DNA of 64,000 nucleotides from Podarcis pityusensis (taxonomy: Eukaryota): the NCBI GenBank assembly GCA_964106645.2, contig OZ067045.1; one strand, given 5' to 3'. The position numbers and the translations under genes are program-made. The notes beneath the pieces were generated by a model that searched no databases, was not told the DNA's origin, and saw nothing but the letters and a program-made list of their open reading frames with translations. This document shows, piece by piece, positions 10,485 to 22,788 of this stretch (positions are counted from its first letter, which is position 1; every line of letters begins with the position of its first letter).

Positions 10485-11391
10485 GTATGGAGCAGAGAGG
10501 CTCTCAAACAAAGCACTGTCTTTCTGCATCAGGCGGAAGGTTAAAAGCAGGGGAGCCATGAAGGCTGGATGGCATGTGCTGACAGCTCCAGCCAAAACTT
10601 GCAGAAAACATCTGAAGGACACCAGGCTAGTGATTGCAATGCTGGTGGCACCACATGGGAGAGCTTTCTCGGTGGTGGCTCCCTTTACGTGGAACGCTTT
10701 GATTTGTGTTCTACTAGCAATTGAAAACTTTTTAAATGAGCTTTTTGATTCTCTTGCTTTTTCATGACCTGATTGCAAATACTGCCTTTTAACTACTTCA
10801 ATCATTTGAGTTTTTAATGGCTGGCTCACTTCCAGCTTCATATTTGTAAAACCACAAGGGGGTGGAGGGGGAAAGCAGGGGTATAATTTTAAATAAGAAT
10901 ATATATTCTTAATATATATTCTATAATATATATTCTTTAATATATATATTAAAAGCTCAGTGTATTAACAGTCCATTATTGACAGAACTCTCACCACTAT
11001 TAAAAAAGCCAAACTAGTATTTAGAAATCGTTATTGTGGTGTGACCAGTTGAAGGCAATGAATTCTCTTGCTACAACAGATGAACTCCTTGGGGAGCCTG
11101 TGGGGCCCCTGCAGTTATTGCTGGCCTCCATCATCAAAGAAGCAGCAAGGGATGATAGGAGTTGTAGTCCAGAACAGCTGGAGAGCTGCAAAAGAGTAGC
11201 CAAGCCCTTTTCTGTGTCACCAGAGGCAAGTGTGTTGGGCTGACAAATAAGGCTTGCTCCTTGGAGGGAGCATCCACCTACAAACAGGCTTCCTAGGTAG
11301 ATGAATGCGGTTGTATTTGAGGACTGGTGGTGTATCTGATGAGGGTCTCTTACCTGGAACTTGTTTCTCTCTCTTCCTCCCTGCTGCACAG

Positions 11392-11618
11392 ATGACGATT
11401 CCTGGGACCTTGTGACCTGTTTCTGCATGAAACCCTTTGCCGGGCGCCCCATGATCGAGTGCAACGAGTGCCACACCTGGATCCACCTCTCCTGTGCAAA
11501 GATCCGCAAGTCCAACGTCCCAGAGATCTACGTCTGCCAGAAGTGTCGGGACTCCAAGTTCGACATCCGCCGCTCCAGCCGCTCCCGGATGGGGTCACGC
11601 CGACACTTCCTGGATTAG
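11392..11618 (+). CDS. PHF13: PHF13 exon 4 (PHD finger, stop codon)
   Basis: [62 protein letters not shown]...FLD*, a C4HC3 PHD finger. Total CDS 879 nt = 292 aa. Confidence 0.97.
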
Positions 11619-13185
11619 TGGGGTGGAATTTTTTCCCCTAGCGTGTTTGACACAAGCAGACTTGTCATGTGAAACATGAGACTCTGGTTGGTGGGGGACA
11701 AACCCAGCCACAAGCAGGGAACATCCACTCTGCGGTGAAGGAAAGCGTCTCGAGGCACCCTCAATGGCCTAAATCGCCACTGGAGAAGGACCTGATTCCG
11801 TGCCCCAAAGCAGGTCGAGGAAAAAGGGCATCATTAGGATGATAAGAGGAAGTGGGGGGGGGGGGCTTTCTGGTGTGCACCTCACTTTCCTTTCTTTCTG
11901 TTGTCCCAGGTATGAAAGTATGGCAGGATGAACTGCCTGATAGGTGCTGAGTGACTCCACCATCAGGGAAGTGGATGCAGTAGTTGGAGAGCTGGAGATG
12001 CCAGCAGCTGTTGCACTTCCACAGCGCTGCAGCAGGAGGTCCAGGATCTCTCTTAAGGGTTGTGTGAAAAAGGGTCGCCTTCCCCATCCAGTGGAGAGCC
12101 AATCCAAGGTCGCCTCAAAGTGAGACAGCCAGTGGCTGCTTTTTAAAAGCCACCTTCAGTGAAGGAAGCCATCTGCTTGTGCAAGCAGGGAGAGAGAAGG
12201 GCAGTCATTTCTCTCCCTTCAGAGGATGGGCTCAATTCCTACTCTGACGGGCTCCTCCTTCTCTCAGGTCCAGAATGGGCTTCCTTTCACATCGGCTGGC
12301 TCTGTGTTTGTAAAGTGGGAAGCATGTAAAATGCTTCTTCTGAGCTGATGGGGGTGGTAAGTCTTGGCACCTGGGGATGCTTCTGTGCATCCAGTACAGA
12401 AGAGTCTTGCGAGCTGGGAAATGGGTGCAGAGATCTCAGGTTTAACAAGCCCAGTGGATTCCTGCCACCAGAGCGCTGATTCCTCCTTTGCAGTGACCAA
12501 ACTGGCTTATTGCACAGATGTGAATCCTCAAGTGGATTCTCCCTTTGCATCGCTCCGAGCTGTCGACAGCGAGGAAATGTAGTTTTTGTGGGGAAGAGCA
12601 GCAGGCTCGGTGGCGTGAGCAGCACACCAAGACAGACAGCCGTCTTGCCCGAGTCTCAGCGTGGACAAGTATTCCTTTGGGCACCTAATGTGCGATGACC
12701 CAGGTTCTCATATGGTGGACTTGTGTTACAAGTGGTAATGGATGGGGGATTGATACCCCTTAAGTCATTTACCCAATTGGTTTGGTAGGGTTCCCATAGT
12801 GCATTCTTCTGCCATGACCGCAAAACTTTGTCCGTTTATCAGAAGCAAATATGAAGAACTTGATTCCTCTACACAGCAGGGTCTGCTTTCCCTCAGGCTC
12901 CCCTATTTGCCAAAGACAGTTCTTCCACAGAATACCCCAGGCTGATGCTGTGATCACTTGGCAGCTTCAGCTACCATCTTGGGTTTTTGTTTTTTTTAAA
13001 AATGTCTGCAGAGTGAGACAAATCAGTGTAGGACATCTTGCGGTGGAGGAAACAACTTAGGAAGAAGTTTCCTGTTGAGCAAGCTTTCACTTGTATTTTG
13101 GCATTGAGCTCTAGGACCCAGTTTCAACCATTCTGCAATCAGGTGGTGTCTGGCAAGCCCAGTTAATTGGATTTTTCAGCAGAAG

Positions 13186-13263
13186 AATAAACATCTTGCA
13201 TGTCTGTGAGTTCATCTTTGTGCAATCTCAGTTTGAGAGCTTTATTTTTTTTTTATAATTAAA
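13186..13263 (+). terminator. Probable PHF13 polyadenylation signals
   Basis: AATAAA at 13186-13191 followed by GT/T-rich sequence; ATTAAA at 13258-13263. Implies a 3'UTR of ~1.6 kb. Confidence 0.6.
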
Positions 13264-13500
13264 ATTATTTGTATTATCGGATGAGGCTCCTTGTCTGTCT
13301 TTCTAGAAAAGAAGTAAAATCTTTAAATGGTGCATGGGCGACCTGTTTCGGTGCTCAGTAAGAGTGGAGGCAAAACCACTGCAAAGCACTGGGAGAAGGA
13401 GCTGGGAGGTGATAGGGTGGCGACGGCAGCTTGAACATAGATAGCATCCTTCGGGCGTGACTTGTGTAATAAACGCGAAAAATGCACTTCCCTTTGCTGA

Positions 13501-13650
13501 GGACGGGTGGTAGTTCAGTGGTAGAGCGCTTGCTTTGCATGTAGAAAGTCCTCAGTTCAATCCCTGGCATCTCAGGTAGGGCTGGGTGCAGACAATACTG
13601 AGCAAGCTGGACCAAGGTTCTGACTGGGCACATGGTTGCTTCTTGTTTTC
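13501..13650 (+). mobile_element. tRNA-Ala-derived SINE (Squam3-like), internally deleted
   Basis: TAGTTCAGTGGTAGAGCGCTTGCTTTGCATGTAGAAAGTCCTCAGTTCAATCCCTGGCATCTC head followed by the family body AGACAATACTGAGC. Confidence 0.75.
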
Positions 13651-15131
13651 TGAGTCTGGAGGAGCAATTCTATGTCAACACCATTGAATTTCTATTCATT
13701 TAGCCCACCCAGTTTTCCACTACAATGCTCAAACCAGCAGAGAGCTTTGAATGTAGGGGATCAGGAATGTCTGGGGATCACGAACACCTTGTTGGCAAAT
13801 GGGCTCCTGGACAAGATGCCCCCCTTGGTATAATCCTGCAACCAGGATCTCATTTAGTGCTTAAGGCCCCAACTTTGGGGCTTCATCTCCAGTTACAAAA
13901 GTACCAGTCAGCCAAAGTCACAGCCATGGCTGATCAAGGTGCACCAACTGTCCGATGACAGCATGCAGCTTTGTAGGTTTAGGGAGGTATGTTTGGTCAG
14001 TGCCAAGAACAGCCAGTAGGAATCAGGTCCCACCCCCACCCCCAACACTTCATTCCAAACATTGTTAATATTTCTGCTTGATTTTAATGTGATTACAGGC
14101 AGAGCTGTTGGGGAAGAGGACGGTAGTCTTCACTCAGATCACACTTCAGCCTCAGAACTTCTAGTGGCCTGAGACGAGTCCCTATTGTTTTGGTATTTCC
14201 CTAATACACACTCCCTCTCACCCATATAAAGTATGATAATATTGTCCCACCAGAGAGGGTTGTTGAGAAGCTAAGAGAATATGGGCAAAGTGAAACTGCT
14301 TTGCATCTGCAGAATGCTGGAAGTCCCCAATCTTGAGTTTCTTAAAAGCATTATTTGTAGCGAAGCCACTCTTGAGGTAAGAACTCACCTTGCAGGCTCA
14401 GAAAACCTCCAAAAAGGGGGATTGGCAGTAAGGGGGCGGGGTGGGCAGAGACCCATCGCAGTTAGGTAAGAGAGGGTTCATCCCCAAGCCAGAGGGCAAC
14501 ATCCCCCACAGCTGCCATCTTTCTTGAGGCTGATGGGATGGGGGCACATGACTAAAGGATTCCCTTAGGTAACAGGCTCAATTTATGGGCATGACCATGA
14601 ATGCCAATAGCTATTAAGTTAAGCTTGTCACCAAATTCAGCTGAATTAAAGAGGGGGAGAGCACTGGTATGCCAGCTAAGAGCTATGAGCACCTGGAACA
14701 CGAATGAGAAGAGCAGCAAGCACCTGGGTGGCTCCTACAGCCACTTCCCCTCTAGTCTATGGGAGCGGAAGGAGCAGAGGAAATAAAAAATGCACACATT
14801 TCCAGACACCAACCATGGCTCCATCACCCTGATGGTGCCCTCTAGCTGCTGTTGGACTCCAACTCCCATCATCCCTTACCCTGGCCATGCTGGCTGATGG
14901 GAGCTGAGAACCTAACAGCAGCTGGAAAGTAACAGGTTAGGGAAGACTGATCCCTTGTACAAAGTCTATTGCAAGAAGGAATGACCGATTAAGTCACCAG
15001 AAGGCACTACATTTAGCCTCCCTGAAGGATCAGAGTAAGCATGTCTGGCTGTATCTTTTGCCTTCTTGCCCGTTGGGAGGCTTCTGTGCCCCTGCTTTAA
15101 GTAGCCAACAGTCTGGAGAAAATGGGTCTCT

Positions 15132-15137
15132 TTTATT
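15132..15137 (-). terminator. Probable DNAJC11 polyadenylation signal
   Basis: TTTATT on plus = AATAAA on minus; the first canonical signal I found downstream of the DNAJC11 stop, giving a 3'UTR of ~1.8 kb. Confidence 0.55.
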
Positions 15138-16932
15138 GTCCTTATTTGTTACAGGAGAAACCAGAGGCTCTGTCCTCATTAGCGGCTCATGCACTTTGCA
15201 AAATTTCCAGTCACACGAGGCAGGGGCTTTGGAAAGCGGGGAAGGATTGAAGCGGAGGGGTGCTCAGGCTGAGCTGGGTTCAAAAAGCAGAAGGTTCAAG
15301 TGGTTATTGTCAGTGTTAATTACCAGTGTTAATTCTAGCCCGATTCTGGTTCCTGAAGAGGCCAGGTCACAGATTTCTGAAACCAGAACTCACTGCGATC
15401 CAGGAATAAATACTATGACCATACAGTGTATTTCTCATTTCATCAGCTCTGAAGGAAGTTGGGATAACTGGCATGTGGAAAAATGAATGGGGCAGTCGGG
15501 TAGGGGTGTCAACATGAATAAGGATCTTTACTTGAAGGTGCCATGGGTTAACCAAGGAGATGGATATTACTAGACCAGAACTTGGTTCAATGGAAGATGC
15601 GAGAGAAAAATATCTGTCCAACAAAACAACTGAGGAGCAGCAACACCTAATTTCAAGAGGAAAAGGGGGCAGGAGGGATGTAACAGGCTTCATGGAATCA
15701 GTTATCGTTTTACTTAGGGTAAGAGCTGAGGTGGGGACAGATTGGGGGGGATATGATCTGGATCCAAATGAGTGGGGCGAACCCAGTTATACAAACGAAT
15801 AAAGTGGCGCAGGGGATGCACCACACTGTCTGTGTGTGTTTCAGGAACTGGCAGTTACGACAAACAGCTTGTTTTGGCATTCAACACCCCCAGGGATCCT
15901 GCATAAATGTCATCAAGGAAGGTGTTCCAAGGAACAACGGAGAGGCAACTCCAGCCTCCTCTGTTCGTGTCTGTAAAAGGAGCTCTACACTGCCACCAGG
16001 GACAGAGGGCCAAAAATGGGACTCCTGCAACCTCTCTGTTGCTTTCTTGCAGCACAAGAGCATCCCTGGTCTGCGGTGGGAGCAATCTTCCATCGGGAAT
16101 GCTATTGCCTCTGATTTGGCACTCACTTGGCCCTCCCACTCCTATCTCCCCACCCTGCCTCCATCCGCACGACGCCTTTTGTGTACATCAAAACGCTTAT
16201 GGCGACTTTTACTCCTTTTCCGGGCCAGCTTCCTGCTGTGCTCAGAACAAAGACAAGCTGACAGGGAAACAGTTCCTCTTAGTGTATCATATTATATCAG
16301 CTGCTAGAGAGAGAGAGAGATGATGATGGACAGGAAGATTCAAACGTGTTAAAAGAAAGGCTTACAAATTTCCCAAAGTGCATTTTGATTTCGGAACGTG
16401 GATATGAGCACCGTGTTCTTTGCATTGCCGAACAGCCGCAAGGGTCTACGGGGAGGAGGCCGCGAATGTGGCCGCTCGCTCCTTCACCTGAAGTAGCCCG
16501 CACCCCCTCCACTTCCTGCAAGAATAAAATCGACACCTCACCCGCCCCGCCCCCCATTGCCCACCTGCCCCAAGGCTCCCCCCGCTGAAGAGGACACTGG
16601 TTGCTGCAGGGGAAAGGGGGGCTCCTAGTCTGCAGCCTGCCCCCTTGCGTTGACAGGGGCAGGCTGGAAATGCTGGCCATCGTCAGCTGTGCCAGTCAAG
16701 CAACGGCCCCCAGCTGCAGGGACTGGGTGCCACTGTCTCGTTAGAGTAGATTCCTCTCATTTTGTCCCACAATGTTACGTTGGGTGTCAAACCACCTTCT
16801 TCTGCCGCCGATCAGGAAATAAGTCGCATCCCCACCCGTCTGAAGACGTCATCAAATCCAGGGAGGAAAGATGGTGCCATATCTGCTGGCTCCTGGGCAC
16901 AGAACTCAGCACCTGCCCTCTTCCCCACCAGA

Positions 16933-16958
16933 TTAGCTGTCCGCATCAATCCGGTGAG
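16933..16958 (-). CDS. DNAJC11: DNAJC11 exon 16 (SHRIDADS*)
   Basis: CAG acceptor, completes a phase-1 Ser codon, TAA at 16935-16933; matches the HRIDxD C-terminus. Confidence 0.92.
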
Positions 16959-18087
16959 CTGTGGGTGTAGCAAAAAAAGGGGTGGGTGGGGAGAGGAGAG
17001 ACTGTTTTATAGAGGCTGAGGTCAAGACACACTTGCAAAAGAGCCACCACTGAGGGAGGTGTAAAGGCACTTTTTAAAAATAAGAAGTGGGCAACAGTGG
17101 GTTCACCCCCAGGAGACCCACATTGTGCTCCTCCCACCCCTGTAAAGCACCTCCTGAAGAATGGCAAAGGAGAGCAGGAAGCAGCCTGCCTCCAGCCCTA
17201 TGCAGCATGCCACCATCCACGGGGGAAACTGGCAGGGAGGCCCCCAATCCAAAATCCTGACACGGAAATCAATTTTGTGGGCCGTTGCTCTAAGCTATCA
17301 TAGCTGCAAAGTTGGGGATTCTGAAAATCTGGGTTTACCCTGCCCTGCTGCAGCTGTGTACATAGGGGCATGAAGGAGCCTCCAGAGGCGCAGAGCAGGG
17401 CTGCCGTTCCTTTAGGAGCCGGAAGCTGCTCCCCAAACCAGCAGAAGTCACACTGCATGGATCTGGCCAGTCATCTCTGGGCACTCAGGATAGGCCTCCT
17501 GAGGTGTGCAATATTTCTGCCACCTTGGGGACTGGAAGCTTCCTCTCTACTTTGTTGATTTTATCAACTCTAAATTATTATTAACTTTAATTTGCTGCTC
17601 AAGCTATTACTTGTCCTCCACCAGCAGGCCCCACAGTGAGTTACAACAATTTCATTTTTTAAAAAGAGTTAAATCAGTCCCAGGAATATCTCCAGTGTCA
17701 AAGACCAAGGTACAAGAGGTGGGTCATTTGACAATGAAATCAGGTTTAAGGGGTTCTCTGTGCATCCTCATAGTCATGCTTAAATTGCTGGAGGAAAGTC
17801 TTGAGATTCATGCCTTGGCTCCATGCAGCAGTGTGCTGTGGCCACAACCCTCTCAAACTCACAGCCTCTGTCAGTGGGCTGAAAGAACATGAAGGCAAAG
17901 GAGGCAGGGGTGAAATTTGGAGAGGTGTGTGTCGTCGTCATCCCCCTGACCCCATGAGTCCTTGCAAATGCAATCTTCCCATCCCCTGCCCACGTGGCAG
18001 CTCCTCAGTGGAAGGGCAACGGATGCCTTTACCAGGCCTGTAGAGGGGCTGGAAGCGGAAGCAGCAGACCAGGGCTTTGCTACTTAC

Positions 18088-18217
18088 ACTGCTTTGGTAT
18101 CCGAAGGGCCTCGTTGTCGCCAGACATCACTTGATGCAGGACTCCTCGGAACTGGTAGAGGACTTTCAGGCTCTTATCTTCCCCGACACAAGGGTCGTAG
18201 AACCCAGGCAGGCCGGC
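18088..18217 (-). CDS. DNAJC11: DNAJC11 exon 15 (DUF3395 region)
   Basis: [43 protein letters not shown]; 130 nt, AG/GT boundaries. Confidence 0.96.
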
Positions 18218-18912
18218 CTGCAAGTGAGGAATAATCACACGCTGAGTCAAGGAGAAGGGTGGTTATAGAGATCTGATCATTAAGTAACTGGTTGGGCCCA
18301 TCTTGAAACCTCCTGCCATTGGAAAACTCTGGATGAAAAAGTTTAACGCTCGGATATGGCCACCAGCTTTGAATGATAAATTGATTCAGGAATGCAAGAG
18401 GGCCAGGGGAGAAACACATGAAGGCAACTTTGCAGCAGTCTGGTGCCAGTTTATCTCTTCTAGAAACCTTAACAATACATCAATTTAACGCAGTCTAATC
18501 ACCTAATCACCTAATTCCTTGAGTTCAGTTGATTCTTTTGATGCAGTTTAGTTGGCAGTTCTTCCTCTCCTTGGTATTTGCTGTGTTTGGTGCTGTTTTT
18601 AACCCCTTTATGTTAAAAATTCCAATAAAAATGTAATTACAAAAAAGGAAGAGATGATGGTGGTTGTGCAGAAGTACGCACTGTGTGTAAGGGCTAGTGC
18701 ACTTGTGTGCGCGCACACATACACACCATAGAACCATTGTGAAGCTTGGCTTCTGTACCCTACTGGAAGTCCAACCAAAGGTTTACAAATCTCACCTCAT
18801 GATTGCCTGGCTTGGGCTGGCAACCACCCCAAGGCGCCCTCAGAAATGGAACAGGTGAGTTGTGTGGGCTTATCTGCTTCCCCACCTCCCTGCACACTGG
18901 CCTCCTCCTTAC

Positions 18913-19055
18913 CTTGGATGCTTCTGTAAGGATGAGCTTGGAGTCTTTCACCAGGCACTGCAAGGGCACAGTCACGTCTATAACCTTCACCTTCTCGTTC
19001 CTCCTGCTCTGGTCATTGACGAATTTCCCATACCAGGCATTCACCACAATCAGGC
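18913..19055 (-). CDS. DNAJC11: DNAJC11 exon 14
   Basis: [48 protein letters not shown]; 143 nt. Confidence 0.96.
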
Positions 19056-19358
19056 CTGCATTGTTAACGAGAAGAAGCTGTTGGCGCAGAGGACACTTTC
19101 AGGAAACAGGGGAGCGCCCCCCCTCCAGGCAGGTAGAGAGAGAGAAGAAAAGAGAGGTCTGCCCAGGCCTCTCACTACATACAATCAAAACAGATGAGCA
19201 CACAAATCCCTCCACCGGGATAGAGGCTCCCCTTTTGAGAATCCATATATTCTTCCACCTTAGAGGCTAGGACCTTCATTTATTTTTTAAAGAACTACTG
19301 AGGTTCTTGGGTTGCTGATTTCTGCAACTAGTACCAAACCCTGAGCTAGCACAGTACA

Positions 19359-19533
19359 ATAGGAGGTGCCTTACACTGAGCAAGCTCAAGCTCAGCTTCA
19401 TCCATGTCAATGGGAATAGGCTCTCCAGGGATTCAGACGTTGGTCTTTTTTCTGGCCCTACCCCAGAGGTGTTGAAGTATGAACCTGAGACCTTCTGCAT
19501 GCAAAGCAGGTGCTCCACCACGGACCTACGGCT
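19359..19533 (-). mobile_element. Squam3-like SINE
   Basis: Reverse complement of the same tRNA-Ala head and body. Confidence 0.7.
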
Positions 19534-19772
19534 CACCCGCCACCCATATGGGATGGATATGCCCTTGCAGATAAACTAGAACCAATTGGGCATTCCAGAA
19601 TCATTAAAGCAAACGTTCTGGGGCACAACCTCTTTCCACTTAGTGTTTCCTATTCCAATAAGAGCAGTAAGCAACACAGTAGCATTTACGAACCCAAACA
19701 GAAGTGTGCAAACACCTCAAATGCCTGAAGGGCAGACTTGGGTGGAAGAAAAGGGAAATCAGCACTCCTTAC

Positions 19773-19830
19773 CCATCCTGGCTTCTTCAGCCTCAATAAT
19801 TCTCCGGACAGATTCCTGCATCAGCCGCAC
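19773..19830 (-). CDS. DNAJC11: DNAJC11 exon 13
   Basis: VRLMQESVRRIIEAEEARM; 58 nt, TAG acceptor, GTAAG donor. Confidence 0.95.
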
Positions 19831-20294
19831 CTAAGCGAGGGGACAGACCAGGATTCGGCATCAAAAGAAGAAGGCTTATTTATTGTGTTTGCAAATATTC
19901 TTAAAGGGAAAAAGGAGGAGGCGGCGGTCTTTATAGGAACTGCACTTGTGTAAAAACAACATGTGAGCCAGGAATGGTCTAAGCTCTGCCTCTTCCATCA
20001 CAGGAGGCTGCAGAAGGTTGCCCTCCAACTCGTGGAAAGCAACAGGGATGGCGGACCTTTGGGCATTTTGGGGTTGGTTTTGTGTGTGAGAACACCTGAA
20101 AGGGGAGCCCCTAGAATGTGTTGCTCAGAGGCAGAGAGGCAAAGTGGGAGCTGCAGCAGTAGGACAATCAAGCGCAAGACCCAACTCCTCTCTAGGAACC
20201 TCATAAAAACAAGACCGGAGGGAAGGGCCAAGGCTTGAGGGTGTGTTCTCCTTCAACACACTACGCTACAAGGGGCACAAGGAGGAATAGGATG

Positions 20295-20552
20295 AAGAAG
20301 AAGAAGAAGAAGAGTTTGGATTTAATATCCCGCCTTTCACTCCCTTTAAGGAGTCTCAAAGCGGCTAACATTCTCCTTTCCCTTCCTCCCCCACAACAAA
20401 CACTCTGTGAGGTGAGTGGGGCTGAGAGACTTCAAAGAAGTGTGACTGGCCCAAGGTCACCCAGCAGCTGCATGTGGAGGAGCGGAGACTCAAACCCGGT
20501 TCCCCAGATTACGAGACTACCGCTCTTAACCACTACACCACACTGGCTCTCT
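20295..20552 (-). mobile_element. Squam2-like CORE SINE, full length and young
   Basis: tRNA head with A/B boxes, CORE-like GTGACCTTGGGCCAGTCAC, (TTC)n tail, GGATG direct repeat at both ends; highly similar to 62536-62790. Confidence 0.85.
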
Positions 20553-20919
20553 GGATGTGAGCAAGAGCAAGGCTTGCTCAGCAGCTGCAGAGGTTTTGCT
20601 GCCTACATGCTCCCAAGCATAACTTTGCAAGCACTAGAAACATGTTTCACAGAGAGAGGTGAATTTCTGCACTTGTGTGTGGAATTGCGTCACACTCGCA
20701 ATTTCTCCAGGGTTGCAGGACGAGGCGTTCTCCAAAAAGTGGTGCCAGGTTCTCTCACCTGCCTCTGATCTGGAAGGCCTCCTTACCACATGCGATTGGA
20801 GCCTGTCATTGTAACTCAGCCAGGAGGGATGTGCACTCTGCAGCCTGCCCAGAGGCAATTGGATCAATTCTCCCTGCACTCCTGTCTGGATGCTGGCACT
20901 GCCCAGAGGTGACCAGGCA

Positions 20920-20921
<2 letters not shown>

Positions 20922-20973
<52 letters not shown>
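20922..20973. repeat. (CT)n microsatellite
   Basis: About 25 perfect CT units. Confidence 0.95.
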
Positions 20974-20976
<3 letters not shown>

Positions 20977-21257
20977 AGCCTCGATAATGGAGATTTGTTG
21001 TAACAAGAAATGCATTAGCAAGGGCTAGATTTACTAGTGGCCTTGCGGATGCTTGTCATCAAGAGGCAGGGTCAAAATATATGAAATAAGTGAGAACCTT
21101 AGACATTGAATGAGACCAAGGTGGAAACATCTAGCCCAGTACTGTGCATCTCATAAGACATCACTTGGAAGTGCACATACCAGGTGTGAAGCAGACAAAT
21201 GACAAATAAAAAGAAGTCAGGGACTAAACCTAGGACATGTAAAGCATATGATCTATA

Positions 21258-21404
21258 CAGTGGCGTAGCGTGGGTTGTCAGCACCTGGGGCAAGGCAAGT
21301 AATTTGCGCCCCCTAACCCGTGGATGTGCGCCCCCTAACCCTAACCCCCAGATGTTGCGCCCGATGCGGCCGGCCCCCCCTGCACCCCCCACGCTACGCC
21401 ACTG
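21258..21404. mobile_element. hAT MITE with 17-bp TIR
   Basis: TIR CAGTGGCGTAGCGTGGG / CCCACGCTACGCCACTG; 8-bp TSD GATCTATA/GATCCATA. Confidence 0.9.
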
Positions 21405-21848
21405 GATCCATAAGAGACATGGCCCTGGCCCCCAAAACTGGCTACAGTCACACTCTTGCACGTGTTCTGTTTTTGAAAACACACACATTCTTTCTCTCGC
21501 CAGTAAAGGCAGGCGATGAGGCAATTAAAATAGACTCAGTTACACAAAAACCTAGGACTTCCTGATTAAAACCTGATTAAAAACAAAATAAACCCAACGC
21601 TTTCAAAAATGAAGACAGCCAAGAGTGACAGTGAAAATTTGTGAGAGGGCTATGCAAAACTCACAAGGGTGAGTTAGGAAGCAGCAACTCACCAGACCTC
21701 CTCAAACACCCACCCACACTGTATTTTCAGTTGTCAAAGTGATTTTTGAAGGGAAGAAAAGCCCTTGAGATGAAGCCCAGATCAATTATTCCAAGGAGGA
21801 ACCCTAAATTATCCAGGAACGGGGAAGGAAGCAAGACTTGAGACTCAC

Positions 21849-21918
21849 TGCGGCTTCTGCTTCCTGTTTCTTCTGGAAAGTGTCGCTGGCCGTGCTCTCC
21901 CGCTGCTTCTCCAATTCT
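21849..21918 (-). CDS. DNAJC11: DNAJC11 exon 12
   Basis: ELEKQRESTASDTFQKKQEAEAA; 70 nt. Confidence 0.94.
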
Positions 21919-22632
21919 CTAACGTTCGGACAGGGGAGAGGAAGGAAGAGGGTTTCATTGTCGTCTGGGCACCTGCCTCCCTTCCCACTTTCCCCCAACC
22001 AGTTCCCTGAGAAAAGCAGCCATGCCGCACGAAGGCTGGGCCAGCTAGTGCATTAAGGATGGCAGAGAGACAGAACAACCTGACTCATGCAAGCCAAGCC
22101 CAGTGAAACGAGCAGGAACGCTGCTTACTTCTCTGCTGCTCTTGCAAGTATCAAGGGCCCCCAAAGCAGGAGGGCTTCCCAATGATGATGGATTGCATCT
22201 CATGTTAATTGGCGAGAGCAGGAAGGTATCCTTTGGACGGTTTTCTATGCAAGTCACAGAAATACCCCCTTTGCAGCCCAGAGTCTGGCTCCTTCTTTTC
22301 GCTCCAAAAATCCCTCCACCCTCACAGTAGAGCTCTGTGGAAAAGAGCAGGAGGGTGTCCCCCCCCACCCTCTGCCAAACCACCACCCCTGCTTCCCCCA
22401 CAGTGGCCGGCCAGAAACTTCTGGAAGGACCACAAGCAGGCCTGGAATGCTACAAACCTCGCTTGCTGCCCCACCCCCCGGCAGCTTGTTTCCAGAGATG
22501 TGCTGCCTCTGATGTACACACTGGGCAGCCCTCTCCTCCATCACCAGCTGCCTTTGCTGTGCTGTGCCCTGCAGGTCAGTTCCACCTCTATCCTCCCCCA
22601 GTGCATGCTGGGAATGCTTTCGGGGCACTCAC

Positions 22633-22788
22633 TTCTCCTTCTGCGCCCTCAGGTAGGGCCTGATGATGAGCCTGTGCATGGCGAAGTAGATGACGAGGGG
22701 CCCCGCCGTGGCGTAGAAGACCGCGCTGGGCAGCAGCTGGTCCGTCAAGTGGATGGGGAAGAAGTAGGTCTGGCTGGCTCGGTTCAGC
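22633..22788 (-). CDS. DNAJC11: DNAJC11 exon 11
   Basis: [51 protein letters not shown]; 156 nt. Confidence 0.96.

Noticed and set aside
13505-13575. Apparent tRNA-Ala(TGC) gene, and likewise tRNA-Asn-like 1748-1821 and tRNA-Ile-like 38876-38950
   Set aside because: Stems are mismatched, there is no oligo-T terminator, and each continues directly into a SINE body or tail.
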